Below are positions 48,756 through 58,854 of a stretch of 60,760 bases of DNA, piece after piece. Each line of letters opens with the position of its first letter. The first letter of the stretch is position 1. The position numbers were made by a program, and so were the translations under genes. The notes under the pieces are model-generated. The model made no database searches. It saw nothing but the letters and a program-made list of their open reading frames with translations, and was not told the origin of the DNA. Origin of the DNA: a virus (taxonomy: Duplodnaviria > Caudoviricetes); the IMG/VR virus record IMGVR_UViG_3300030060_000709, positions 1-60,760 of that record; one strand, written 5' to 3'.

Positions 48756-49373
48756 ATGGCGAACACTACTTTTAACGGACCAGTCCGTTCAGAAAATGGC
48801 TTTCAGGATATTTCTGTAGCCGAAAGCACTGGTGTAGAAACCACCAACTCTACTTATAGCAACAATGCTTCTATTGGCGGCACATTAGCTGTAACTGGTG
48901 CAACTAGCTTATCTTCTACGTTAGTTGGTCAATTGTTTCCGGTTACAAGTGCAACTGATGCTACACTTGCACCTACCGCAGCACAATCTGGCACTATTTT
49001 TAGTCTTAATAGAGCAGCAGGTATAACAGTTACGTTACCTGCGGCTTCTGCTGGTATATTCTACGAGTTCCATATTGGCACTACATTTACGGGCACCTTT
49101 ATATTACAAGGAGCTTCTAGTGCAGATACTTTCCAAGGAATGGTGTTCCAACTTGATAAAGATGAACTTGGTAGTGTTGTAGCTTTAAACGAAGATATCG
49201 ACACTGCCGGATGGAATGTTCCTGCCGCTGCTGATTATAGATTAACTATGGATGCTGATACTGACGGACGTTTTATTGGTGGGCATATTCGATGCGTAGC
49301 TATTACAGATGCTATATGGCTTCTGAATGGACATGTATTTGGTGACGGCACTGTTTCTCATAGCTTTAGTTAA
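48756..49373 (+). CDS. Virion structural protein (possible head fibre/decoration)
   Basis: MANTTFNGPVRSENGF start, TVTLPAA motif, Thr/Ala-rich. Confidence 0.6.
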   Translation: MANTTFNGPVRSENGFQDISVAESTGVETTNSTYSNNASIGGTLAVTGATSLSSTLVGQLFPVTSATDATLAPTAAQSGTIFSLNRAAGITVTLPAASAGIFYEFHIGTTFTGTFILQGASSADTFQGMVFQLDKDELGSVVALNEDIDTAGWNVPAAADYRLTMDADTDGRFIGGHIRCVAITDAIWLLNGHVFGDGTVSHSFS

Positions 49374-49388
49374 TCTAGGAGGTTAACA

Positions 49389-49994
49389 ATGTCCTCTGAT
49401 ATTCAATCGACTTTTATAGAGGCCGCAACTGCTGATCCTGATGGTATATCTACAGCCGCTGCTGTTGGTAATAATGCTGCGCTTACCATCGGAGGTGCTT
49501 TAGCCTCTGGTGGTAGTGTTACATTTGACCAACCTAGAAACATCACTATATTAAGTGCTGGCGATGACTCCGGTATTTCTTTTACCGCAGTAGGGACTGA
49601 TGAAACGGGTGCAGCCGCTACCGAATCTATAACAGGTGTAGATAGTGATACAGCAACAGGATCACAAATATTTGCTACGATTACATCCATAACTGCTGTT
49701 GGAGATCCAGCGGGTAACGTAAGTGCCGGATCGGGAACTTCTATTCTTGCTCCCATGTTTCAAGGACGTATGCGGTTAAAAGGGTTGTACGCAGTAAACA
49801 CTGGCACTGCTGGAACTATTACGTTTCGCCAGACTAATTCCTCTGGAGAGATACGTATGCAGTTTAATACGGTAGCCGCAGCAAACTCTACAGAATATCC
49901 AGATGTACCTGATGATGGGATAGTATTTGTAGATGGTGGATACATATCGTACACACAAACTACTATGTCTTCGATAACTGTGTTTTATGCGTAG
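49389..49994 (+). CDS. Virion structural protein
   Basis: 201 aa Ala/Gly/Thr-rich, AGGAGG RBS. Confidence 0.65.
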   Translation: MSSDIQSTFIEAATADPDGISTAAAVGNNAALTIGGALASGGSVTFDQPRNITILSAGDDSGISFTAVGTDETGAAATESITGVDSDTATGSQIFATITSITAVGDPAGNVSAGSGTSILAPMFQGRMRLKGLYAVNTGTAGTITFRQTNSSGEIRMQFNTVAAANSTEYPDVPDDGIVFVDGGYISYTQTTMSSITVFYA

Positions 49995-50301
49995 TTATTA
50001 CAAAAAAGGTGGTGGTGTCCGTAAAGACAAGGGCATGAAAGGTATGTCTATAAAGAGTGGGGATAAACGCCCCACTAAGTCTGGCGCGGGTATGACAGCT
50101 AAAGGGGTGGCTAAATACAGACGGCAAAATCCCGGCAGCAAACTTAAAACAGCCGTCACAGAAAAGAAGCCTACAGGTAAAAGAGCAACTAGGCGTAAGT
50201 CTTACTGCGCTAGATCTGCTGGGCAGATGAAAAAATTTCCAAAAGCAGCCAAAGATCCTAATTCTAGGTTAAGGCAAGCGAGAAAAAGATGGAGATGCTA
50301 A
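49987..50301 (+). CDS. Small highly basic protein
   Basis: GAGMTAKGVAKYRRQNPGSKL...RRKSYCARS...ARKRWRC. Confidence 0.75.
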   Translation: MRSYYKKGGGVRKDKGMKGMSIKSGDKRPTKSGAGMTAKGVAKYRRQNPGSKLKTAVTEKKPTGKRATRRKSYCARSAGQMKKFPKAAKDPNSRLRQARKRWRC

Positions 50302-50991
50302 GTGGCATATTTGCAATCGAATATACCTCACTTCAAATGTTGGGTGAGGAGAGAGTATACGCACAATCACAATCAGTATCATGGAGAGTATCTTCATGCA
50401 CTTGCAATAGCGGTAACGTGTATACCCGATAGATGTTTAAGTTTTCATTTAGTTTTTACGGGAGCAGAAACATACGATGATGACAACGAGCCAAACGTAC
50501 ATGGTGGCGCAATGTGGGCACGTATGCCTATCACTGCATTAGTAGGAGACACTATATTAGACGAATGGCCTGAAGCTATGACACCAAGATTATGTCAGCC
50601 TTGGGATTGTAGTTCTCGTAATCATCAGGTACATATCTACGACAGAACAAGTTCTAGTCCTTGGATATGTAAAATAAACGGAGAGTTTCATACTGGCAGG
50701 TATATGTTTACAGTAGATTACACTGACAGCCACATATCAGATGATCCTGCTCAACATAAACAGAGTCATGTGTTGGAACTGACAGATGCCGGACCTTGGA
50801 CAGGTAATATAGTAGCTCTACCTAACAACAGAGTAAGAGTTACTAATCCCGCACTTTGGGAGTGTGGAGAAGGCGCACCAGATTTTAGACCCAGCCAGTG
50901 GACACATAGTGCTGAGTGTGATGATAGTTATATGGACCCAAGCATAACATTTGATAATTTATACGCGGAGACTGAAGATGGCGAAGAGTAA
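50302..50991 (+). CDS. Phage hypothetical protein
   Basis: 229 aa, GTG start; GGAMWARMPI, YMFTVD, HKQSHV, ALPNNRVR. Confidence 0.75.
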   Translation: MAYLQSNIPHFKCWVRREYTHNHNQYHGEYLHALAIAVTCIPDRCLSFHLVFTGAETYDDDNEPNVHGGAMWARMPITALVGDTILDEWPEAMTPRLCQPWDCSSRNHQVHIYDRTSSSPWICKINGEFHTGRYMFTVDYTDSHISDDPAQHKQSHVLELTDAGPWTGNIVALPNNRVRVTNPALWECGEGAPDFRPSQWTHSAECDDSYMDPSITFDNLYAETEDGEE

Positions 50992-51109
50992 AGCAAAGAC
51001 GACAAAGAAACCTGCGGCTACATTAACTAAAGCACCCGCAGCAGAACCAATTATTAAAATCGTATCTAAGGCTGATGCAAAAGCGGCAGCTAAAGCAGTG
51101 CAAAGTTAA
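50978..51109 (+). CDS. Small Lys/Ala-rich protein (43 aa)
   Basis: Manual translation MAKSKAKTTKKPAATLTKAPAAEP...; GGAG RBS. Confidence 0.5.
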   Translation: MAKSKAKTTKKPAATLTKAPAAEPIIKIVSKADAKAAAKAVQS

Positions 51110-51121
51110 GGAGAATTTATC

Positions 51122-52339
51122 ATGGCGTTACCAGCAATTGCAGCAGCATTAGCTCCCGTGGTTACCGCAGTTACGCGGCAAGGTATGGCAAAAGCAATCC
51201 AAAAATTTGGTAAAGATAAAGTACAAAAAGCAGCCGCTGCCTACGCAAAAAAAACAGGTAAAAAATTAAAAAAAGGTGGTACAGGAGGAGTACAAGCTCC
51301 TAAAGATGATACTGCTTCTATGATAGCTAAAGATGTAGCTAGAAAAAAACGAGGAGCAAAACAAAGAGTAGCTACTAGCTCTCAGAGTAAAGATTTTAAC
51401 GCTCCGGGGTTGGGCGTTTCTGGCAAAGCTCCTGCTACTAGAGGACCAAGGGGTGTAGCTACTAGAGGAGGAAGGGGTGTATCTGCCAGAACTAAAGATG
51501 CAGCTTCAGCAGCTTCTACGGGAGAGGCTTTAACAGGTGAGTTAATTAAAAAACGTAGAGGCCCAAGAACAAGTGTAGTAGCAGGTGTAGGGGCAGGTGC
51601 TCTTGGCGGGGCAGCATTAACTAGCGGAGATAAAAAAACCACCGCTGATAAAACAACTTCTAAAGATACTCCAACTAAAACAAAAACAGGAAGACCCTCA
51701 GTTAATACCAGAGCTACTGCTCCCAAACCAAAAAAACCAGATGCAAGACAAGGAATGGGGCCACGTAGCGGTAAAGATACAAATATTGCCTCAAGAGGTA
51801 GTAAAAAACCTGCTGCATCTGGTGACTATACAAAATATAAAAGTATCGCTGCGGCTAAAAAAGCAGGGTCTCTGTATTATGATAAAGACGGTAAAAAAAT
51901 GGCAGCGGTGTTCAAAGAAGATTTGGGTGAAGGTGAATCTTTACGTGATTTTATGAACAAAAAACTTGGTAAGACCCGAAGAAAAGATTTGAAAGGAGGC
52001 GGCATGATGAACACCAAGATGAGTACCAAGGGCGGCATGAAAGGTGGTGGCATGACCAAAGGTTACAGTAGAGGTGGTCTTAAAAAACCTACCGCAGACC
52101 AGAAAGGTTTAAAGAAACTACCAACAAAAGTTCGTAACAACATGGGCTTTATGAAAGCTGGTGGTATGGCTACCAAAGGTTACGCCAAGGGTGGCATGTC
52201 TACTAAAGGTGGTATGAAAGGTGGTGGTATGGCTACCAAAGGCAACACTAAAGGTGGTGCTAAGAAGACGACAGGTAAGGGTAAAGTCCGAGGAGCAGGA
52301 ATAGCCAAGCGTGGTGTACGTCCAGCTAAGATGCGATGA
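51122..52339 (+). CDS. Basic low-complexity protein with repeated xxKGG motifs
   Basis: 405 aa Lys/Gly/Ala-rich; AAGGAG RBS; possible internal DNA-condensing protein (inference). Confidence 0.7.
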   Translation: MALPAIAAALAPVVTAVTRQGMAKAIQKFGKDKVQKAAAAYAKKTGKKLKKGGTGGVQAPKDDTASMIAKDVARKKRGAKQRVATSSQSKDFNAPGLGVSGKAPATRGPRGVATRGGRGVSARTKDAASAASTGEALTGELIKKRRGPRTSVVAGVGAGALGGAALTSGDKKTTADKTTSKDTPTKTKTGRPSVNTRATAPKPKKPDARQGMGPRSGKDTNIASRGSKKPAASGDYTKYKSIAAAKKAGSLYYDKDGKKMAAVFKEDLGEGESLRDFMNKKLGKTRRKDLKGGGMMNTKMSTKGGMKGGGMTKGYSRGGLKKPTADQKGLKKLPTKVRNNMGFMKAGGMATKGYAKGGMSTKGGMKGGGMATKGNTKGGAKKTTGKGKVRGAGIAKRGVRPAKMR

Positions 52340-52497
52340 GACGATACTATAAAAAAGGTGGCAAGATTTGTCCGGCTGGTAAGTCTTGGGCAAAACGTAC
52401 CTTTGATACTTACCCATCAGCTTATGCAAATATGGCTGCTTCTAAATACTGTAAAGATCCTAATTACGCAAAGGGATCTAAGAAGAAGAAAAAGTAA
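52336..52497 (+). CDS. Small basic protein (53 aa)
   Basis: Manual translation MRRYYKKGGKICPAGKSWAKRTFDTYPSAYANMAASKYCKDPNY...; overlaps both neighbours. Confidence 0.65.
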   Translation: MRRYYKKGGKICPAGKSWAKRTFDTYPSAYANMAASKYCKDPNYAKGSKKKKK

Positions 52498-52826
52498 TGG
52501 GTGAGTTAAAGAAGTGGGTTAACCAAGACTGGGTGCGTATAGGCACTGACGGTAAGATCAAGGGTAAGTGTGGTACGTCTAAAGACAAAAAGAACCCTGA
52601 TCGTTGCTTACCTAGAAGTAAGGCGCAATCGCTTAGTAAGAGTCAGAGAGCAGCTACGGCTAAAAAGAAAAAACGTGCAGGGTCGAAGGGGAAAACTGTG
52701 GTTAAAAACACGAAACCAGCTACGGTAAAAATGAGTGGTGGTGGACTTGCCAGAAGAAAGCGAAAGATAGCCAAAGGTTGTGGTCAAGTCATGGAGAACA
52801 GGCGAAAGAAAACTCTTCATATATAA
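52497..52826 (+). CDS. Small basic protein
   Basis: LKKWVNQDWVRI...CG...RCLP..KA. Confidence 0.7.
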   Translation: MGELKKWVNQDWVRIGTDGKIKGKCGTSKDKKNPDRCLPRSKAQSLSKSQRAATAKKKKRAGSKGKTVVKNTKPATVKMSGGGLARRKRKIAKGCGQVMENRRKKTLHI

Positions 52827-52835
52827 GAGGTAATA

Positions 52836-53525
52836 ATGGCTACTTCGGGAACTACAGCATTTGACATGAACTTCACGGAGATCGCTGAAGAGGCGTGGGA
52901 ACGTGCAGGTCGTGAAATGCGTTCTGGTTATGATCTTAGGACTGCCAGACGTTCTATGAACTTGTTAACTATAGAATGGCAGAATCGTGGTATTAATCTC
53001 TGGACCATAGATGAAGGCACTATCAATATGGTCGAGGGTACTTCTCAGTATGATTTACCCGCAGATACTATAGATTTATTGGAACAAGTTATTCGCACAA
53101 ATAGCGGAGTAACTGCAACACAATCTGATCTTAACATAACACGTATTAGCGTAAGCACCTACGCATCAATCCCTAACAAGTTAACGCAAGGTAGACCTAT
53201 ACAGGTTTACATTGAGAGGTTACGTGATAACCCGAAGATAAACGTGTGGCCTGTTCCAGATCAAAGTAGTTATTATGTTTTTAAATACTATCGTATGAGG
53301 CGTATACAGGATGCTGGTAGCGGTGTAGAAACAGCCGATATGAATTTTAGATTCTTGCCTTGTCTAGTGGCAGGATTAGCTTATTACATAGCCATGAAAG
53401 ATCCTGACTTGGCTCCTAGAATAGAAATGCTAAAAGTCATGTACGAAGAACAGTTTGCGTTAGCTGCTGGAGAAGATAGAGAGAAAGCCCCTGCTAGGTT
53501 TGTCCCTCGTATAGGGTATGTTTAA
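52836..53525 (+). CDS. Head-tail adaptor / tail tubular protein A-like
   Basis: EEAWERAG, ARRSMNLL..EWQNRG, GRP, VWPVPD, CLVAGLAYY. Confidence 0.7.
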   Translation: MATSGTTAFDMNFTEIAEEAWERAGREMRSGYDLRTARRSMNLLTIEWQNRGINLWTIDEGTINMVEGTSQYDLPADTIDLLEQVIRTNSGVTATQSDLNITRISVSTYASIPNKLTQGRPIQVYIERLRDNPKINVWPVPDQSSYYVFKYYRMRRIQDAGSGVETADMNFRFLPCLVAGLAYYIAMKDPDLAPRIEMLKVMYEEQFALAAGEDREKAPARFVPRIGYV

Positions 53526-53884
53526 TGGCTAGGTTTGCTTCTAACAAAATAGCTATAGCTGATTGTGATATATGTGGGTTTCAATATAAGTTAAGGGATC
53601 TACGAGATTTAATAGAGAAAGGACGCAACACTAACTTAAAGGCTTGCAATGAGTGTTGGAATCCAGATCATCCACAGTTAAAGTTAGGTGAGTTTCCTGT
53701 AGATGATCCACAAGCTATACGTGATCCACGTCCAGATAAAAGTATAGTAGAATCTGGACCGTTTAGTAGTAGAAACATACAGTGGGGTTGGTATCCTGTT
53801 GGGGGAGGACAAGATCCTTTTGGTTTAACACCTAATGATTTGGTAGCAACAGGTAGCGTAGGTACAGTTACAGTAACAGTTTAA
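53525..53884 (+). CDS. Small CxxC-containing protein
   Basis: CDICG and C.ECW..DHPQL motifs. Confidence 0.7.
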   Translation: MARFASNKIAIADCDICGFQYKLRDLRDLIEKGRNTNLKACNECWNPDHPQLKLGEFPVDDPQAIRDPRPDKSIVESGPFSSRNIQWGWYPVGGGQDPFGLTPNDLVATGSVGTVTVTV

Positions 53885-53894
53885 GGAGTATTGT

Positions 53895-54026
53895 ATGAGA
53901 AAGAAAATGAAGCCCATGAAAATGAAGAATGGTGGTCCGGTGAAGAAGCCCACTAATCGTAAAATAAAAGTGCGTGGTACAGGTGCCGCTACTAAAGGTT
54001 TATTTGCTCGTGGTCCAATGGCATAA
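53895..54026 (+). CDS. Small basic protein (43 aa)
   Basis: Manual translation MRKKMKPMKMKNGG...RGTGAATKGLFARGPMA*; AAGGAG RBS. Confidence 0.65.
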   Translation: MRKKMKPMKMKNGGPVKKPTNRKIKVRGTGAATKGLFARGPMA

Positions 54027-54029
54027 ATT

Positions 54030-54665
54030 ATGACAATGACCTATACACAGCTAAAAACAAATATTAACGACATTTGTGAAAACTCGTTTACAGATAGTCA
54101 GTTAGCTTTGTTTACTGAACAGGCTGAACAAAAAATATATAACGCAGTTCAGTTTCCTGCGTTACGTAAAAATGTGACAGGCACAATGACTTCAGGTAAT
54201 AAATACCTAACAATGCCCAGTGATTTTTTGTATTCTTATAGTCTAGCTGTTATTAGTTCTAGCGGAGTATATACATTTTTGTTAAACAAAGATGTTAACT
54301 TTATGCGTGAAGCATACCCTAATCCTGATACTACAGGTACTCCTGCACATTACGCCTATTTTGACCAAGACAGTTTTATATTAGGACCAACTCCCAGTAG
54401 TAGTTTTTCTACTGAGTTACACTATGGGTACTACCCACAGTCTCTTGTAGATGCGGGTACAACATGGCTTGGTACTGAATTTGATTCGGCATTGTTAAAC
54501 GGAGCGTTAGTAGAAGCTATACGATTTTTGAAAGGCGAACCAGATATGGTGGCTATGTACGACAAGATGTATTCTGAGTCTTTACTGTTACTTAAAAATC
54601 TTGGTGATGGGAAATTACGTGCTGACACATATCGTTCTGGTCAACCCCGATTACAGGTGCAGTAA
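54030..54665 (+). CDS. Second adaptor/connector-like protein
   Basis: MTYTQLK, AEQKI, G.P.HYA, LGPTP, ALLNGALVEA. Confidence 0.65.
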   Translation: MTMTYTQLKTNINDICENSFTDSQLALFTEQAEQKIYNAVQFPALRKNVTGTMTSGNKYLTMPSDFLYSYSLAVISSSGVYTFLLNKDVNFMREAYPNPDTTGTPAHYAYFDQDSFILGPTPSSSFSTELHYGYYPQSLVDAGTTWLGTEFDSALLNGALVEAIRFLKGEPDMVAMYDKMYSESLLLLKNLGDGKLRADTYRSGQPRLQVQ

Positions 54666-54666
54666 C

Positions 54667-54954
54667 ATGTTTGATTTAGCTGTATCAAGTGTAGGTTCGG
54701 TAGGAGTAGCTACCACAGAGTATAAAGGACATGATCCTGAGTTTTGGGCAAAAGAAGCAACAGATAAAATAATATCTATAGGAGATAGAAGTCATCCTGC
54801 TATAAGAGAACAGGCAGAGGCGTTTAAGAATCATGTATACTCTGTTATCCTTTATAATATAAAGGAAGCAATTAAAAGCGATAGGACCACTTTATCAGGA
54901 ATGCTTGAAAAAAATCAACAGAAAGAAATGGCAGATATAATTAGGAGATTGTAA
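54667..54954 (+). CDS. Hypothetical protein
   Basis: Start moved to MFDLAV; HPAIREQAEAFK, SDRTT. Confidence 0.65.
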   Translation: MFDLAVSSVGSVGVATTEYKGHDPEFWAKEATDKIISIGDRSHPAIREQAEAFKNHVYSVILYNIKEAIKSDRTTLSGMLEKNQQKEMADIIRRL

Positions 54955-55382
54955 TGGCTATAACTCAGGCTATGTGTACGTCTTTCAAGAAAGAGCTACT
55001 TGAGGCAAAACACAATTTTTTAGCAAGTGGCGGCAACAGTTTTAAATTGGCTTTGTATACAAGTTCAGCAACTATAAACGCAAGCACTACGGCATATACA
55101 AGTTCTAATGAAGTGAGTGGCACTGGTTATTCAGCTACTGGAGCAGCACTGACTAATATTAACCCATCTTCTGGCAGCACAACAGGGTTTACCGACTTTG
55201 CTAACCTGACGTTCTCTACAGTAACTATTACAGCAAGAGGCGCACTAATTTATAACGACACTAATTCAGATCGAGCAGTATGTGCTTTAGATTTTGGCGG
55301 AGATAAAACGGCAACGGCAGGAGATTTTACTATAACTTTTCCAACCGCAGATGCAAGTAACGCGATTATCAGGATAGCTTAA
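54954..55382 (+). CDS. Tail-associated structural protein
   Basis: SFKKELL, FKLALYTSSA, EVSGTGY, ARGALIYN, LDFGGDK. Confidence 0.7.
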   Translation: MAITQAMCTSFKKELLEAKHNFLASGGNSFKLALYTSSATINASTTAYTSSNEVSGTGYSATGAALTNINPSSGSTTGFTDFANLTFSTVTITARGALIYNDTNSDRAVCALDFGGDKTATAGDFTITFPTADASNAIIRIA

Positions 55383-55684
55383 TGGCTAATTTAACAGGTT
55401 GGGGACGGGGTTCATGGAACTCTAGCACATGGGGTGATCCTGATGTATTAGTCCTTACAGGTGTAGCTGCTACCAGTGCTTTAGGAACTGTTACTACACT
55501 TGGCGATGTTAATGTGGCTCCTACAGGTATAGCTGCAAATTCTGCTCTGGGAGATATTATTACAGGTATATCTGTAACTTTTGCGATAACAGGAGTTTCA
55601 GGTACAGGTGCAGTGGGCACTACAAATGTATGGGGACTGATAGATACAGAACAGACACCAAACTGGGAAGAAATAGCCGCGTGA
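55382..55684 (+). CDS. Tail-associated protein
   Basis: GWGRGSWNSSTWG and TGV repeats. Confidence 0.65.
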   Translation: MANLTGWGRGSWNSSTWGDPDVLVLTGVAATSALGTVTTLGDVNVAPTGIAANSALGDIITGISVTFAITGVSGTGAVGTTNVWGLIDTEQTPNWEEIAA

Positions 55685-55694
55685 GGTTTATAAA

Positions 55695-57842
55695 ATGGCA
55701 ACTTATGTAAATGATTTACGATTAAAAGAAATAGGTACAGGCGAATCTTCAGGTACGTGGGGCACCGAAACGAATGTTAATTTAGAATTAATAGGCGATG
55801 CTCTAGGGTTTGCAACTAAAGCAGTCGCTAATGCTTCTACAGATACTTTGACCATTCCTGATGGCACAGCAACAAATGGTGAACCTCGTGCTATGTATCT
55901 AAAACTCACAGGTGGTGGTCAGGCATGTACGGTAACGCTTGCTCCAAATACTGTGTCTAAACTTTGGTTTATAGAGAATGCCACTAGCTACACTCTTTCG
56001 TTTACTCAAGGATCTGGAGCAAATGTAGATGTTCTCGCAGGACAAACTAAAGCCATTGCTTCTGATGGAGGAGGATCGGGCGCGATTCTTTACGATGTCT
56101 TTACTGATCTTTCTGTAGCAGGAGATTTTTTTGCTGCAAATACTATTCAGCCCGGAGGGGATACAGCTTCTGGTGACGCTGCCGCAATAGGATATACTTC
56201 TGCTGAAGGTATTATAGTAACAGGTCAAGGCTCTACATCAGATGTAACAATTAAAAATGATGCTGATGGTACAGTTCTTACCATAGCTACTGGCACTACT
56301 AATGTAGATATAGTAGGCGATGTTACAGCTTCTACTGTAAACGCAGATGGTGACACTGCTGCTGGTGATAATGCCGCAATGGGCTACACTGCCGCTGAAG
56401 GTTTAATTCTTACAGGTCAAGGTAGCACTAACGATGTAACCATTAAGAATGATGCCGATGCAGATGTATTGACCATTGCAACAGGCGGTACAAATGTAGA
56501 TATAGTAGGAGATCTTACCGCAGCGTGTTTTATACCTGACGGGGATACAGCCTCTGGTGATGCAGCAGCGATAGGTTACACTGGTGCAGAAGGTATTATT
56601 GTCACTGGTCAGGGTTCTACATCAGATGTTACTTTAAAAAATGATGCAGATGGTACAGTTCTTACCATACCTACGGGCACAACTAATGTTGATGTTGTTG
56701 GAGACTTAACTGCTGGAACATTAAATGCTGATGGAGATACGTCTTCTGGTGATGCAGCAGCGATAGGTTACACTGGTGCAGAAGGTATTATTGTCACTGG
56801 GCAGGGTTCTACATCTGATGTAACGCTCAAAAATGACGCTGATGGTACAGTTTTAACTATCCCTACAGGTACAACTAATGTTGATGTTGTTGGAGACTTA
56901 ACTGCTGGAACATTAAATGCTGATGGTGATACAGCCGCAGGAGATGCTGCTGCCATAGGCTACACAGCCGCTGAAGGTTTAATTCTCACTGGGCAGGGTT
57001 CAACTAATGATGTAACAATTAAGAATGACGCAGATACCGCAGTCTTTCAAATACCTACAGGTACAACAAACGCTACAATTGCAGGAACGCTTGGTGTGGC
57101 GGGTGGCTCAACAAATGGAGTAGCCATTAGTCAGGGTGCAATTTCTATAAAAAATGGTGGAGCGCAGTCTTACATTGACTTTTATTGTGAAAGCTCAAAC
57201 GCTCACTATGCAAGGATATTAGCTCCTGCACACAGCGCATTTAGCGGCAACATCACGCTGACATTACCAGCCACCACGGATACGTTGGTGGGTAAAACAA
57301 CGACTGATACGTTGACCAATAAAACTCTCACCACACCAACTCTCACAACGCCCATAGCAAATGCAGGGATACAGCTTAAAAATGGTGCGACAAGCGCAGG
57401 ATTTATTGAGTTTTTTGAAGACTCAGATAACGGTACAAACAAAGTTACATTGATTGGCCCTGCTTCTACCGCAGATATAACGCTAACATTACCTAGCTCT
57501 GATGGTGATGACGGACAGGTTTTGACAACTAATGGTTCTGGAGTGTTGTCATTTTCTACCGTTGGTGGAGCCTACAACGCATGGTTGGTAAAAACAGATT
57601 CATATACTGCTCTGGCGGGAGACCAACTTATTTGCAATAAATCTAGCGCAATGACTATCACACTTCCTGCTTCAGCAAGTGCTGGAGATACTGTTACCCT
57701 TAAAAATGTTGGAAATGGGTTAGTCACTGTAGGTCGTAATTCGCAAAACATTGATTCGGTAGCAGCAGATGGTAGCTTACCAAAAGGTAATGCCGTGCAA
57801 TTAGTTTATGTTGATGGGACGATTGGGTTCGTAAGTCTGTAG
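55695..57842 (+). CDS. Tail fibre protein with five ~62-aa internal repeats
   Basis: N-terminal GE.SGTWG..TN.NL anchor; GDAAAIGYT.AEG...GQGST.DVT.KNDAD x5; TDTLTNKTLT; TITLPASASAGD. Confidence 0.85.
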   Translation: MATYVNDLRLKEIGTGESSGTWGTETNVNLELIGDALGFATKAVANASTDTLTIPDGTATNGEPRAMYLKLTGGGQACTVTLAPNTVSKLWFIENATSYTLSFTQGSGANVDVLAGQTKAIASDGGGSGAILYDVFTDLSVAGDFFAANTIQPGGDTASGDAAAIGYTSAEGIIVTGQGSTSDVTIKNDADGTVLTIATGTTNVDIVGDVTASTVNADGDTAAGDNAAMGYTAAEGLILTGQGSTNDVTIKNDADADVLTIATGGTNVDIVGDLTAACFIPDGDTASGDAAAIGYTGAEGIIVTGQGSTSDVTLKNDADGTVLTIPTGTTNVDVVGDLTAGTLNADGDTSSGDAAAIGYTGAEGIIVTGQGSTSDVTLKNDADGTVLTIPTGTTNVDVVGDLTAGTLNADGDTAAGDAAAIGYTAAEGLILTGQGSTNDVTIKNDADTAVFQIPTGTTNATIAGTLGVAGGSTNGVAISQGAISIKNGGAQSYIDFYCESSNAHYARILAPAHSAFSGNITLTLPATTDTLVGKTTTDTLTNKTLTTPTLTTPIANAGIQLKNGATSAGFIEFFEDSDNGTNKVTLIGPASTADITLTLPSSDGDDGQVLTTNGSGVLSFSTVGGAYNAWLVKTDSYTALAGDQLICNKSSAMTITLPASASAGDTVTLKNVGNGLVTVGRNSQNIDSVAADGSLPKGNAVQLVYVDGTIGFVSL
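56150..57080 (+). repeat. Five tandem ~186-bp repeats within tail fibre gene
   Basis: Repeats visible in protein and DNA; units 3 and 4 nearly identical. Confidence 0.85.
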
Positions 57843-57853
57843 GAGATTAAATA

Positions 57854-58549
57854 ATGGCTGTGTTAGGAAACAAAAAAACATTTAACAAAGACCCATTAAT
57901 GATGCCAAGAGTTATGATTCATAATAGTTATCACTATCGCTTGGTTCCAAGCACTACTTACAATAGTAGTGATAATGCTAGAAATAGGGGTCTTACCAGT
58001 TTTTTCTATAATGATAATAGCAGAGGAAGTCCATATAGTTTTATTACTAGTGCTTCGGCAGCAGACACTTATCGTACTATCGTTAATTTGTCAGGTTTTG
58101 GTGGTTTTCTAACTTATTGTATGGGGCCATACGCAGGAGGAGGGTCAACAACTTGGAAAATTACAGTTGATGGTGTAGAAACAGAAATACTTTGTAGCAC
58201 TGATGGAACTAGCCAAGCAACTGGTGACTTATCTTCAGCGTTAGGGCCAAAAATAAGAGCTATACCTAATTCAGCGGCTATCTATGGAACTGCGGCAGGG
58301 GGTGCAGGTTATACATCTGGTCAAGTTTGGAATTACACTACTTTTAATTCAGATAGAACGACTTATAATCTAGGTCATATACAAAGTTCTTACTATGGTT
58401 TTGATCCTCATCCGCTTGATGCACTAGAATCAAAAGATGAAATTGTTCGATTTGATGTAAGTTTAAAAGTAGAAGTCAAATGTGCTAATGCACAGGCTAC
58501 AAATTCCTCTAGGTCTTATGCTGGTGTTATATACTTTAGGGATCAATAG
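57854..58549 (+). CDS. Putative receptor-binding / distal tail fibre subunit
   Basis: 231 aa Ser/Gly/Tyr-rich, AGGAG RBS, followed by a tail chaperone-like gene. Confidence 0.5.
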   Translation: MAVLGNKKTFNKDPLMMPRVMIHNSYHYRLVPSTTYNSSDNARNRGLTSFFYNDNSRGSPYSFITSASAADTYRTIVNLSGFGGFLTYCMGPYAGGGSTTWKITVDGVETEILCSTDGTSQATGDLSSALGPKIRAIPNSAAIYGTAAGGAGYTSGQVWNYTTFNSDRTTYNLGHIQSSYYGFDPHPLDALESKDEIVRFDVSLKVEVKCANAQATNSSRSYAGVIYFRDQ

Positions 58550-58551
58550 AT

Positions 58552-58851
58552 ATGGAAATAGTTGAAAAAACTTTGCTCAATAATGGTTTGACAAGACACC
58601 TGTATGAAGATGGTTCTTATGTAGATGTTGAGGTAAATCCACCTTTGCCACCAAAAACAGAAGCTGAAATTTTAGCTGAAAACAAAATTAGTGCTAGAGT
58701 TTGGAGAGATTTAGCACTTCAACAGTGTGATTGGATATGTCCAGTTACAGACCACCCAATGTATGAATCGTATATGCTATATCGTAAGACGTTACGTGAT
58801 TGGCCCAGCACTACAGATTTTCCAGATAAGAAACCAGTTTTAGGGAGTTAA
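58552..58851 (+). CDS. Tail fibre assembly chaperone-like protein
   Basis: ARVWRD..L...D...YR..LRDWP...FP..KP. Confidence 0.7.
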   Translation: MEIVEKTLLNNGLTRHLYEDGSYVDVEVNPPLPPKTEAEILAENKISARVWRDLALQQCDWICPVTDHPMYESYMLYRKTLRDWPSTTDFPDKKPVLGS

Positions 58852-58854
58852 TTT

